Source of the DNA: a virus
Taxonomy: Duplodnaviria > Caudoviricetes
Reading direction: 5' to 3' (one strand)
DNA length: 64,000 bases
IMG/VR virus record: IMGVR_UViG_2773857766_000004
Location: 32,001-96,000 of that record
The notes beneath the pieces were generated by a model, which was given only the letters and a program-made list of their open reading frames with translations, made no database searches and was not told the origin of the DNA. Shown here in pieces: positions 44,048-53,185 of this stretch; within the stretch, counting starts at the first letter, position 1; the number at the start of each line of letters is the position of its first letter. The translations under genes and the position numbers were made by a program.

Positions 44048-46785
44048 AGCACTCCGATGGGCAAGATGTTCTGGGCGAGATCCGGAATGCCCGTGATCTG
44101 CTCCAGGGGAAGCGAAGAGTGGCGGATGAACTCGTCATCGCCGTACCAGGCGGTGCCATAGTCCGGCCCCACCCGAATGGTGTTGCTCACCTTGCCGGCA
44201 TAGACGAACTCGTCCCGATGGAACGCTGCCAGGAAATCGACGGAGGCCTGGCTGCCGAGCGACATGGGCACGCCATGCGATACGCTCGTGCCGACTTGGC
44301 TGTGGCGCTGGCTGAACGTGGCCCCGTGCATCTGAACGTCTGCGCTATAGGCGCACATCCCGACGAGGCTCGCTTTATGCGTCACGGCCGCCACGGCGGT
44401 CTCCCCTGCGGGGTTCACCCGGATGCGGCGGGTGCCGTCAGCGGAGCGGAGAACCGCCATTGGCAGGAAGCTGGTGAAGCCCACGCCTATGTTCGTGTTC
44501 GTCCAACCCTGTGAGGCTCGGCCGGCCGCCTCCTCGTCCCCCGTGGGGAAGAGCACGTTTTCCTTGGACTTCACAGTCTGCCCCTGGATGACGATGGACA
44601 TGCTGCAGGTGCGGGGATTGAGTCCTCCTACGTCGTAGCCGGTGCCCTGCATTTCGTATCGCATCAGGGCGGTCCGCACGGGGCGCAAGATGTCCAAATA
44701 CAGAAGGTGGCAGAAGTAGCCCGACACCGTGAAGCTCTCATCCGTGTCGGTGTTGGTGACGGGCAGTCGCGTCCCGTCCGGGAACACGAGGGTGCTGCGC
44801 AGGCGGGTGCGTTCGTAATAGGTCGCCGGCCCGGTCGTGGTGCCGGCTCCGGGTTCATCCTGGAACAGCTCGGAATCCACCTCCACCGATGCGTACACAA
44901 TAGACTCGCCCTGATAGTCGGCGAAGAGGCGGTACGAACCGCGGCAGGCCCTGCGCATCCAGGTGCTGCCCCACCCTACCGTCACATCCAGGCTCTGCTG
45001 CAGCACCTCGGCAAATGTGCCGCCGTGCCACTCCACGAAGTGCAGCACCTCTCCCCATACCCGCTCCGCATCCGTCGTTGCCGTCGTCACCGGGTCGCCG
45101 ACGCCTCCATCGGCTGCGTAGGTGCCGAAATGCGACTCGGTGATGATCTGGTCTTCCGAAACCGCCTCGGTGTACGAGATCACCATTCGCGCGCCCGATT
45201 CGGAGAACTTCGGGTAGGACACTTGGCCCAGGTTGTCGGGCAGGCGGAAGCGTCCAAGCTCCTGCCGCGTGGCGTAGAAGTCGTGGGCCAGCCCCTGAAA
45301 GAGCACGATGAACTGCGGCCCCTCTGCAGCTTTCTGCCGGGCGAGGCCGGCGACCCTGAGCATGCGCCGGCCGCTCGCGGTTTGGAACCGGGCCGCGAGT
45401 GGGGTGAACAGCTCGGACAGGTTGTCATGGACCTCGATCGCGCGTCCCTTGAACCGCACGCGCGCCATTCCGCTGCCAAGATGCAGATCGATGGTCGGTA
45501 TGAAGTAGCCGTGGCCCTGGGTGTAGAAAACCGATTCGATCCCGACTCTCTCATCTTCCGGCCCCTCCTGACCCGGCACGGAAGGCAAAACGAAGTTCTC
45601 CATGCCCATGAAGATTTGCGAGGCCTCGGAGCCCACCACGGGCGGGACGAGATCCTGAAATTCACTGTCGAGCGAGTACGGAGGCACCTGGCGTTTCTCA
45701 ATGCCCACGCCTGCGTTGTTGCGCGTTGCGCTGTCGAGCGTGGGCCACATCTCATCCGCCGCCCAGTCCCGAACCATGTTGGCATAGTGGGCAGGAGAGC
45801 CGCGCCACCACTCCACGGCTTCCGCACCGAAGCGGGCGGATTGCACGTCGGTAGCAGTCGTCAGAAAGATGTTCTCGCCAGCAGGCGATGTGGGCGTGAG
45901 GATTCCAACCGATCCGCGCAGCCCGGCCCGGGTTGCATATCGGTCTTGCTCAAAGCTCAAATGCCCATCCCTGAAGCTCCGGCTGTCGTGCCCCAGCACC
46001 TTGGCTGTCTTGTTCAGGTACAGCACCAGCTCGGACAGCATGCCCTCGTAGCCGCGCAATGGCGGGTGCACCTCACCGCGTCCAGCAGCCGCGCGGATGA
46101 GGTTGGTTTCTTCGCGGATCGACTTGTGGACGTCCAGCTCGGCGCGTGCCGCGCTGGTGGGTCGGTGGCAATACCACGTGGCGGTTTCGGCCTCACTGTA
46201 ATTGCGCTGCCAGCGGGCACGGAACTGCGGCTTCACGCGGCCATCCACGCGCGCGCCGATCACGAACTCGCCGCGCGCCTCCCAGTCCATGTAGAAGAGC
46301 GGCGCCGCGCAGTAGTTGCGGTGCGTTGCGCTCACCTTGCCGCCAGCGGCGCGAAGCACGGCATCCGGGTACTGGTTGTCCTTGAACCGGTTGATGATGA
46401 CCTGCCGCAGAGGGCCCAAGGGCGTGCCCAAACCATCCGACGTGTTCGGCATCCCATAGCCCAACGGCGCGGCGGGTGAGCGCGGGGTGATGACGAAGCC
46501 CTCCGGGAACCACACGAGACGCGAGATGGCGCCGATTGGCTCCTCCTGCGGCACCTCCTGCCGGTCCGCGCGCATGGTCACCCGCTCCACGGGGCCCGCA
46601 AGCTGTGCCGTGACCACTGAGCCGTCTCCCATCTCACGCCGCATGCCCAGCACAGGCACGCCCGACGCACCTGCGAGCAGCTTCGCCTGGAACATCAGGC
46701 GGCGCGCCTCGGCATCGAGCGACTGGGAATCGCCGTTGCCAGAGGTGGCGCGCCCTGGCGCCGTGAACGGAAGCCGGTCGGTCAT
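44044..46785 (-). CDS. Large tail protein with an embedded CAP/SCP-like domain
   Basis: ATG 46785; ETNLIRAAAG, GHDS, AGENI, WWRGSPAHYANM. Confidence 0.78.
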   Translation of the reverse strand: MTDRLPFTAPGRATSGNGDSQSLDAEARRLMFQAKLLAGASGVPVLGMRREMGDGSVVTAQLAGPVERVTMRADRQEVPQEEPIGAISRLVWFPEGFVITPRSPAAPLGYGMPNTSDGLGTPLGPLRQVIINRFKDNQYPDAVLRAAGGKVSATHRNYCAAPLFYMDWEARGEFVIGARVDGRVKPQFRARWQRNYSEAETATWYCHRPTSAARAELDVHKSIREETNLIRAAAGRGEVHPPLRGYEGMLSELVLYLNKTAKVLGHDSRSFRDGHLSFEQDRYATRAGLRGSVGILTPTSPAGENIFLTTATDVQSARFGAEAVEWWRGSPAHYANMVRDWAADEMWPTLDSATRNNAGVGIEKRQVPPYSLDSEFQDLVPPVVGSEASQIFMGMENFVLPSVPGQEGPEDERVGIESVFYTQGHGYFIPTIDLHLGSGMARVRFKGRAIEVHDNLSELFTPLAARFQTASGRRMLRVAGLARQKAAEGPQFIVLFQGLAHDFYATRQELGRFRLPDNLGQVSYPKFSESGARMVISYTEAVSEDQIITESHFGTYAADGGVGDPVTTATTDAERVWGEVLHFVEWHGGTFAEVLQQSLDVTVGWGSTWMRRACRGSYRLFADYQGESIVYASVEVDSELFQDEPGAGTTTGPATYYERTRLRSTLVFPDGTRLPVTNTDTDESFTVSGYFCHLLYLDILRPVRTALMRYEMQGTGYDVGGLNPRTCSMSIVIQGQTVKSKENVLFPTGDEEAAGRASQGWTNTNIGVGFTSFLPMAVLRSADGTRRIRVNPAGETAVAAVTHKASLVGMCAYSADVQMHGATFSQRHSQVGTSVSHGVPMSLGSQASVDFLAAFHRDEFVYAGKVSNTIRVGPDYGTAWYGDDEFIRHSSLPLEQITGIPDLAQNILPIGVL

Positions 46786-46786
46786 G

Positions 46787-47374
46787 TCAGGCGGCCAGGG
46801 GCTGCAGCCGGATGCGGTAGCCGATTTCGACCTTGTCGCCGTCGAAATACACACGGTCCTTGGAGAACCGCGCGACCGACACCAGCGTCCCCGACGTGCT
46901 GCCCTTGATGGATTCGGACAGGAGAGCCGCGCCGCGCACCGTCAGCGAGGTGGCGGTGGCCACCGTGAAGACCGCCTTGTTTGCGACGGCGTCGATCACG
47001 CCATTTGCTGCAGCGCCGGGCACCCACAGTTGGCGCAGGCCCTCGGAGTAGCCTTCCGTGTTGCTGGTGATCTCGGTAGCCGCTGCCGAGAACGTGGCCG
47101 CCGTCACCGCGTCGGTCGGCGTGTACGCGCCGGAGAAAAGCGCGATGTAGAACTGCGGGTGGACCGTGCCGCCAGCCAGCGCGGCCGACAGCAAGTAGTT
47201 GAACCCCTGGGTGGGAATGCGGTTGCGCTCGACCTCGGCCGGCCCGCCGTTCACGGCAATGGTGTACTCGCCGCAGGCCTTGATGCCCAGGTCGTGGGCT
47301 AGCAACAGCCCGTCTTCCGTCTCATCGAAGCGCTGGCGGTCCAGCGCGCGTGCGATTGCGTGTGTTTTCAACAT
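46787..47374 (-). CDS. Tail structural protein
   Basis: N.IPTQG.NYLL...YIALFSGAYTP...EIT...YSE..R..W...V.GAAL. Confidence 0.82.
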   Translation of the reverse strand: MLKTHAIARALDRQRFDETEDGLLLAHDLGIKACGEYTIAVNGGPAEVERNRIPTQGFNYLLSAALAGGTVHPQFYIALFSGAYTPTDAVTAATFSAAATEITSNTEGYSEGLRQLWVPGAAANGVIDAVANKAVFTVATATSLTVRGAALLSESIKGSTSGTLVSVARFSKDRVYFDGDKVEIGYRIRLQPLAA

Positions 47375-48597
47375 GGGTATCCCTCGTTGGTTGAGTCAAG
47401 AGCCACGCCGACGATCGGCGAAGGCGAGGAAGCCGTGAGCGTGACAACCTGACGGATGCCGCCGCGCAGCAGCAGAACGGACCGCCCGGCGATGTCGGGC
47501 GAGAGCCTGATGCGGCCAGGCTGCAGCGGTCGGGCGACCCCGCCCGGGGCCCCGGCGAAGTACCCTTCCTCACTCAGCCATACGGCTTGAGCGCCCTGCC
47601 CATCGCCGGCAAGCTGATCGGCTGGTACGAGAAGAGAGGAACAATGGACGGCCTTGGCCGACGAGGCGAGCGACTGCGTCCAGGCGGAAGGATCCGAACC
47701 GCCCAGCCACCACACCCCGCGGCTGTCTCCGACGTAGGCGCCGCCTTCCACCAGCTCAACAAAGCGGATGCGGCCAACGAAGCGGACGAAGCCCCGGCGC
47801 GGAGCGATGAGGTGCGGGCGAAGCGGTTCCGAGAACCATAGGGTGTCTCCGGAGGCCACGTAGATCCGCCCCGCGTAGGCCCGAACCAAGTGCCCGCTCG
47901 GGAAGGGCGCCAAGTCCAGGGTTTCGCAAAGGGCGCCGCCCGGATAGACGGTGAGCGCATAGTCAGCGGACAGGGCCTCGAACTCCTCGGCCAGGTAGAG
48001 CACGTCACCATCTGGAGGCGTCACATACGCCCTGTAGCGATACCCTGGGGCCACCGTCAGGCCGGTGAGCCTGAGCCCTGCCGAGGTATCGGCCTGGCCG
48101 ACGATGCACGCCGCGGATTCCTCGCCATTGCCGTCAACCAGCGAGATGGCCACCGTGTAGCGGCCCGGCGTCAACGTTCCGGAATCCCGCGCCTGTACTT
48201 CCGGAAGCGCGTCGGGCAGTTGGACGCCGGCGGGCGTCGCCAAGTCTCGACCGGGATCCATGGCCAGCAGCCCTTTGGCGCACACGACATAGAGGCGCCC
48301 GTTGTACTCAGTGAAGGCCACGGGCCCCAGGCCGATCTGCGCGACCATGAGGCTGGCGTACGTACGGGTGTCCACCTGCAGGAGCGCGTCCCCGCGAACC
48401 ACCAGAAGTTTCCCGCCGAAGGCATGTGCGTGGGTGAAGCCCGTGCCCACGGCCACCGGCGTGTAACCGTCGCGCCGTCGGAACTGTCCGCTGCGATCGA
48501 TGTCCACGTTGATTGCTTCGCGGACGGTTCCCGCCGGCATCTCCACCTCGTCGGAGAGCAGGTCCATACCCAGCACCGGCAGTGGTATGCGCGCCAT
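47368..48597 (-). CDS. Tail nozzle/stabilisation-like protein
   Basis: VREAINVDIDRSG...RRDG; GRIYVA.GD.LWFSEP; beta-propeller-like repeats. Confidence 0.75.
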   Translation of the reverse strand: MARIPLPVLGMDLLSDEVEMPAGTVREAINVDIDRSGQFRRRDGYTPVAVGTGFTHAHAFGGKLLVVRGDALLQVDTRTYASLMVAQIGLGPVAFTEYNGRLYVVCAKGLLAMDPGRDLATPAGVQLPDALPEVQARDSGTLTPGRYTVAISLVDGNGEESAACIVGQADTSAGLRLTGLTVAPGYRYRAYVTPPDGDVLYLAEEFEALSADYALTVYPGGALCETLDLAPFPSGHLVRAYAGRIYVASGDTLWFSEPLRPHLIAPRRGFVRFVGRIRFVELVEGGAYVGDSRGVWWLGGSDPSAWTQSLASSAKAVHCSSLLVPADQLAGDGQGAQAVWLSEEGYFAGAPGGVARPLQPGRIRLSPDIAGRSVLLLRGGIRQVVTLTASSPSPIVGVALDSTNEGYPC

Positions 48598-49424
48598 CAG
48601 GCCACCTCCCTCGCATTCCGCAGGTCGCGCCACCAAGCCGGACTCACGCCCTCCGAATGCCATGCGATCGCCCCATATGCGCCGCTTGAAGCCGTCACGG
48701 TGAGGAACAACTCGTTTCCAAGCGGAATGCCGCCGGCGGTTCCCCTGACCACCGTCACGCCCGGAGAAAACACGTTCGCCCGCACAGATCCTTCGGCGTT
48801 TGCTCCGGTGCCGGTCTGCGTGGAGTGCTCGATCTCCCCGCCATCGGCCGGCGTGAAGGTGATGGCGTACTGAACCAGCGTGCCGCCGGCTCCTCCCTCG
48901 ACGCCGAAATACACGTAGTCGTCGCCGAAGAAGCTTTCGTTCTGCCCCGCGTTCGTCGCCAGGAACGGCGCCTGTGCGGGATGCCCTTGGGGCCCTACGG
49001 AGCCCCAGCCCATCTTCGTCGGCGGAACCGGTTGCGGCCCGCTCGCCCCCTCGGCGTACCAAGACCCGGAGCCATAGGCACCGTCAACGCCCGTGATCAC
49101 ATAGAAGAGCTTGTTGCCGGAGACCTGGGGCGCGATGACTTCGATTTCCACGACGCCGGCATTCAGCGGCCCACCGCCGAAGTCTGGCACATAGAAGCTC
49201 ATCGGATCCGAGGATCCGGAGATGGTCGAAACAACAGGCTCGCTGCCGTCTTCCGGCGTGAACGTCAGCCGTACGGTGTATCCCTCCGGGTCGCCGTCGG
49301 CGACGACGAAGCCGAAGTACCCGACCACGTATCGACCCATGGAGCCGTTGCCAAAGTTGTCGGTGCTCGCCGGCGGCTCCATGCGGTTTGCGCCACCCAG
49401 CCAGCCCAGAAGAGGAGCGCTCAT
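48597..49424 (-). CDS. Virion-associated protein with two tandem beta domains
   Basis: YFG...TFTP.DG...GN.LF...T...GAYG...W..EG.S occurs twice. Confidence 0.72.
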   Translation of the reverse strand: MSAPLLGWLGGANRMEPPASTDNFGNGSMGRYVVGYFGFVVADGDPEGYTVRLTFTPEDGSEPVVSTISGSSDPMSFYVPDFGGGPLNAGVVEIEVIAPQVSGNKLFYVITGVDGAYGSGSWYAEGASGPQPVPPTKMGWGSVGPQGHPAQAPFLATNAGQNESFFGDDYVYFGVEGGAGGTLVQYAITFTPADGGEIEHSTQTGTGANAEGSVRANVFSPGVTVVRGTAGGIPLGNELFLTVTASSGAYGAIAWHSEGVSPAWWRDLRNAREVA

Positions 49425-50020
49425 GCCCGGCCCTCCCTGTGCTCGATCTCTATCCAACGGCGTGCCATCACCTGGGCGGTGAGCATGCGCGGGTCGCGGC
49501 TCCAGCCATTCGCGCGCCTGTTCCAGATGTAGCCGACCCTGGGCACGTAGGCCGCGCCGGCCGCGCCCATGGCCCAGTACAGCATGTGCTCCGTCCAGTA
49601 GGTTCCCCGCGGCAGCCTGGCTGCAGCAGCCTTCGCGCTGATGGTGCGCATCAGCACCAGGTGGTGCAACCCCATGGGACCGCAACGGTGCCGATCACGG
49701 TCGTAGTCGTACCAGGAGCGCCGCACATCGGCGCGCCCGGGCTCGCGCAGAATCTCATCCGTGTACGCCAGGGGAACCGCCATCGCGTCCGCCCGAGTTG
49801 CGCACACCTGCAGCACGTCCAGATAGTCCGCGGGCAGTTCGTCATCGTCATCCAGGAAGAAGCACCAGGGGGTACGGACTGCGCCGAGCGCATCGAGCCT
49901 CGCAGCATGCAGATCCGCCGGGTTCCTGAGCGTCTGCACGCGACCAAGCACCTCCAGCCCCGGCAACTCAATGCACACCGGGGAAGCGGAGAGGACGATG
50001 GCGGTGATGAGGGAAGACAT
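49421..50020 (-). CDS. GT-A (GT2-like) glycosyltransferase
   Basis: AAR..AL.AV.TPWCFFLDDDDEL DxD motif; HHLVLMR. Confidence 0.75.
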   Translation of the reverse strand: MSSLITAIVLSASPVCIELPGLEVLGRVQTLRNPADLHAARLDALGAVRTPWCFFLDDDDELPADYLDVLQVCATRADAMAVPLAYTDEILREPGRADVRRSWYDYDRDRHRCGPMGLHHLVLMRTISAKAAAARLPRGTYWTEHMLYWAMGAAGAAYVPRVGYIWNRRANGWSRDPRMLTAQVMARRWIEIEHREGRA

Positions 50021-50021
50021 G

Positions 50022-50120
50022 TCAGCAGAGCACCGCATTCATGTGCGGGGGTTCTTGTCGCGTTGTGCGACGCAGATCGGAGTCCCACAGCGGGCCGAAA
50101 TAGGCCGTGAAAGCACGCTC
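50022..50120 (-). pseudogene. Orphan duplicate of the adaptor gene 3' end
   Basis: ERAFTAYFGPLWDSDLRRTTR vs ERAFTAYFGPMPDADLRRDTR; nucleotide similarity 50091-50120 vs 50224-50253. Confidence 0.85.
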
Positions 50121-50151
50121 ATCAGGTCGATGTGCATGGTTGCGGTATCGG

Positions 50152-50826
50152 TCATGGCAGGACCCCCCGGTTGAAGTGCTGCACGTCGGCGCGCGTGTCG
50201 CGGCGCAGGTCCGCGTCGGGCATCGGGCCGAAGTAGGCCGTGAAGGCGCGTTCGGCCAGCACGGCACGGTCAGGGTCGAAGCTCTCGCTGTCGGGCAAGC
50301 TGAACGCCCGGTGCAGGGCCCATTGGATCAGGTGCTCGTGGTGCGCCTCGTGGATCTCGGGCTTGGCGGTGTCGTTGTCCACGTCGAATGGCTTCAGCGG
50401 GAGGCGGTAGCACTCCAGCTCCAGCACCTCGCCGTTCTCCACCCGGCCCACCACGCGCAAAGTGGTGTCGTCCTGGATGACCCAGTCGCTCGCGTCGTCA
50501 CGGTCGCGCCAGCCCGGCACCTCCGCATCCAGCCATTCCCGCGTCACGATGCTCATTGGCCGCGGCTTGCTGTCGCTCGCGCGCAGGACCTGCAGATGGA
50601 TGATCTCGAAGACGGACGCGTGCAGGGGGTAAGTGTGCCTGCCTGCGGCCAGCTCAATGCGGGTCACCTCGGGCCGCGCGTCCTCCCGGATGAGCCGACG
50701 ACGGATGCAGGCCTGAGCCTGCGCATCGTTGAGCCAGTCGACCACATCCTCGCTCTCGAACAGGTAGGGCTCCACCTTGTCCTTGGCGAGGGTGCGGAAA
50801 CGGCGAATCAGGTCTTCCAGCTTCAT
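50152..50826 (-). CDS. Head-tail adaptor (DUF6682-like)
   Basis: LIRRFR....D...PYLF...WLNDAQ..ACIR; PEIH..HH..LI.WAL.RAF..PD. Confidence 0.8.
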   Translation of the reverse strand: MKLEDLIRRFRTLAKDKVEPYLFESEDVVDWLNDAQAQACIRRRLIREDARPEVTRIELAAGRHTYPLHASVFEIIHLQVLRASDSKPRPMSIVTREWLDAEVPGWRDRDDASDWVIQDDTTLRVVGRVENGEVLELECYRLPLKPFDVDNDTAKPEIHEAHHEHLIQWALHRAFSLPDSESFDPDRAVLAERAFTAYFGPMPDADLRRDTRADVQHFNRGVLP

Positions 50827-51266
50827 GGCATCCCGTACTGGTCCACGAAGCCCTTCACCATGTCGCGCAGCTTGGCCTCGCCGGTGTTCGGGTGCAGCTT
50901 CTGGCCGAACTTGTCGGCCGCGAACGCGAGGAGCGCCTGCTTGTCCATGGATTCGATGGAGTCCAGCAGTGCGAAACGGGCATCGTCCTGCTCGCGCTGC
51001 TCGTCTTCCTTCTTTTTGGCCTCGGCCAGCTGCTGCTGGGTGTCGTCTGCCTGCTTGGCCAGGGCGCCCTGCTGGGTCGCGTCCTCGGCGGCCCCGGCAT
51101 CCGCGCCCTTGAACACGTCGGTGTGCTGGAGGAAGCGGGCGGCCAGCGGAGCGGGCACGAGGCGCGTTTGCCCGCGCGCGAACGTGAGCCCGGAACGGTA
51201 GAGGCGGTCTTTGAATGGCTCGTCGTTGCCGATGTAGGTCACGGCAACGTCCTGGGTCTGGCTCAT
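50823..51266 (-). CDS. Head-associated hypothetical protein
   Basis: GGAG SD; V.YIG...F.DRLY.SGL.F..GQ. Confidence 0.8.
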   Translation of the reverse strand: MSQTQDVAVTYIGNDEPFKDRLYRSGLTFARGQTRLVPAPLAARFLQHTDVFKGADAGAAEDATQQGALAKQADDTQQQLAEAKKKEDEQREQDDARFALLDSIESMDKQALLAFAADKFGQKLHPNTGEAKLRDMVKGFVDQYGMP

Positions 51267-51290
51267 GTCAGGCTCCTGGGTGGTATGGGG

Positions 51291-51318
51291 AAAAGCCGGG
51301 ACGCAGGGCCCCGGCCTT
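51291..51318 (-). terminator. Terminator after the capsid genes
   Basis: Minus strand GGCCGGG...CCCGGCT followed by TTT. Confidence 0.55.
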
Positions 51319-51335
51319 CGGTCTGCGCGGGCCAG

Positions 51336-51815
51336 TTACTTCGGACCGATCCGCTCGCCCGTCACGATGAAATCGGCGCGGCCGGCTTCCGCCACGGCGG
51401 CGCCCGTGATCGTGAGCACCAGGTAGGCCTCCTTGGCGAGCTTCACCGGGGCCTTGGCGCTGCCCGTGCGCAGGCGGGCCGCGGCACTGAGCGCCAAGTC
51501 GGCGCCGAAGTAGGCCGCGTCCTGGGGCACCACGGCATCGTCCACGCCATCGATGTAGAGGAAGCCGACGGAGCCGGTCACGCCCGCGCCGAGGTGGTCG
51601 GAAACGATGATCTGCAGGTCGTGCAGATCGAAGCCCTGGGGCAGGGTCTGCAGCGCCACGACATCGTTCACGGCCAGGGGCGCGGTGGAGTTGGCGTTGA
51701 GGACGGAGCCGTTCGCGAGGGTCTGCAGCGTGGCGCGCAGCACCGTGACGTTGCCGTACGGCGTGAAGCCACCGAACTGGTGGTCGCCGATGAATTTCTT
51801 GAGGATGGTTGCCAT
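51336..51815 (-). CDS. Capsid decoration/cement-like protein
   Basis: GGAGG SD, ATG 51815; directly follows the major capsid gene. Confidence 0.75.
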   Translation of the reverse strand: MATILKKFIGDHQFGGFTPYGNVTVLRATLQTLANGSVLNANSTAPLAVNDVVALQTLPQGFDLHDLQIIVSDHLGAGVTGSVGFLYIDGVDDAVVPQDAAYFGADLALSAAARLRTGSAKAPVKLAKEAYLVLTITGAAVAEAGRADFIVTGERIGPK

Positions 51816-51882
51816 CTTGGCCTCCAAGGTGATGGGAATGGAGCCGGGGCCGGGCACCTCGCGGCGCCGGCCCCGCGGGTCA

Positions 51883-53175
51883 TCAGAAGCGCGGCTTCAT
51901 GATCTTCACGGCGGTGTCGAGGACGGTCACGCCGTGGTCGGTGTATTCCTTGTGGTCGCCGTGATCCACCGCGAAGCGGATCTTGGACATCCCCAGGATG
52001 GCGCCGATCAGGATTTCCATCTTGTCGCCGTGATCGCCCTTCTCCTCGCTCCAGAAGAACGGGATGCCCGAGTGCTCCGATGCACCGAAGGCCTGGGCCA
52101 GCGCTTGGCCCCCCAGCAGCAGCGCACGCTCCACGGCGAATCCGGTACCGAACGCGGCAGGCACCACGCACGACGATTCCTGCTCGCTCGCATAGTCGGC
52201 GCAGTACTTGACCGTGTCGCCCGCGTAGAAGCGGATCGGCTTCGGGTTCTTCAGGATCAGGATGCCGTTCCACAGCCCGGCATCGCCGAGGAACAGCGGG
52301 TGGTCCTTGGCGAGACGGGCACGTGCGTGGGCGTTGGCCTGGAACGCGCGGAACGCGGGGTCCGTGGCGAACTGGCTGTACTGGCCCGGGCCGGCCAGCA
52401 GCACGCGGATGGGGCTGTCCGTCGCGGCCTGGTCGTTGTCGAACTCCACCGGGGGCGGCGGCAGCGCGATGGAGTCGCCCCACTGCCGCAGGGAGTCCAC
52501 CACGTCCATGGAGAGGCCGTCCGTCGTGGCGATCACCATCTCGCCAGAATTCGCCCGCAGCTCGCCCACCGAACCGCTCCCCGCCACCAGGTGGCGGTTG
52601 CGCGTGGGAGCCTTCACCCGGTTCACCATGATGTCGGCGAACTTCGGATGCGTGTCCACGGGCACGGTCCATTCGATCTTGTGATCGTGGTAGCCCCGGG
52701 CGCCGGCCAGGTGCACCAGGATCGACTGGTCGATGTAGGCGTCCATCAGGCGCTGAGCTTTCGGGCGGCCGAAGCGACGCATGTCGAACGGGCTGCGGAT
52801 CTGCGTCATGGTGTTGCCCATGTCGATCGGGAACCGCGCCTGGTTCACCCGCAGCTTGTCCTCGGAATAGGACATGCCGGTGCCGCGGCCCTCGGCATGC
52901 TCGCTGCCCATGATCGGGTACGCGCCGATGGGGTTGTCCAGGTGGAAGGTCACCTCGTCGCCCTTGTTCTTCGTGAGGTTGTCCGCACGAACGATAGGCA
53001 TGGAGGTCTTCGACTGGTTGCCCTTGGTCGCCGCGATGGCCGCGTCGATCTTGGGCATGGAGCCAGTCAGGTGGCGCATCTGGGTGTTGCGCTGGGTGCA
53101 GGTGTGGAAAACGCCCACAGCCTGCTGGATCATCGCGCCCGGAGCGCCGGCCGGGGTGTTGGTCTTGGTGTTCAC
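51883..53175 (-). CDS. Major capsid protein (N4-gp56 family)
   Basis: AAGGAGGT SD, GTG; PIVR..L.K.KGDEVTF; HLAGARG; DHGV.V.DTAV. Confidence 0.92.
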   Translation of the reverse strand: MNTKTNTPAGAPGAMIQQAVGVFHTCTQRNTQMRHLTGSMPKIDAAIAATKGNQSKTSMPIVRADNLTKNKGDEVTFHLDNPIGAYPIMGSEHAEGRGTGMSYSEDKLRVNQARFPIDMGNTMTQIRSPFDMRRFGRPKAQRLMDAYIDQSILVHLAGARGYHDHKIEWTVPVDTHPKFADIMVNRVKAPTRNRHLVAGSGSVGELRANSGEMVIATTDGLSMDVVDSLRQWGDSIALPPPPVEFDNDQAATDSPIRVLLAGPGQYSQFATDPAFRAFQANAHARARLAKDHPLFLGDAGLWNGILILKNPKPIRFYAGDTVKYCADYASEQESSCVVPAAFGTGFAVERALLLGGQALAQAFGASEHSGIPFFWSEEKGDHGDKMEILIGAILGMSKIRFAVDHGDHKEYTDHGVTVLDTAVKIMKPRF

Positions 53176-53185
53176 ATGAACCTCC

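Noticed and set aside
50022-50253. Diversity-generating retroelement TR/VR pair suggested by the duplicated adaptor end
   Set aside because: Differences are mostly synonymous and not confined to adenines, and there is no reverse transcriptase in the window
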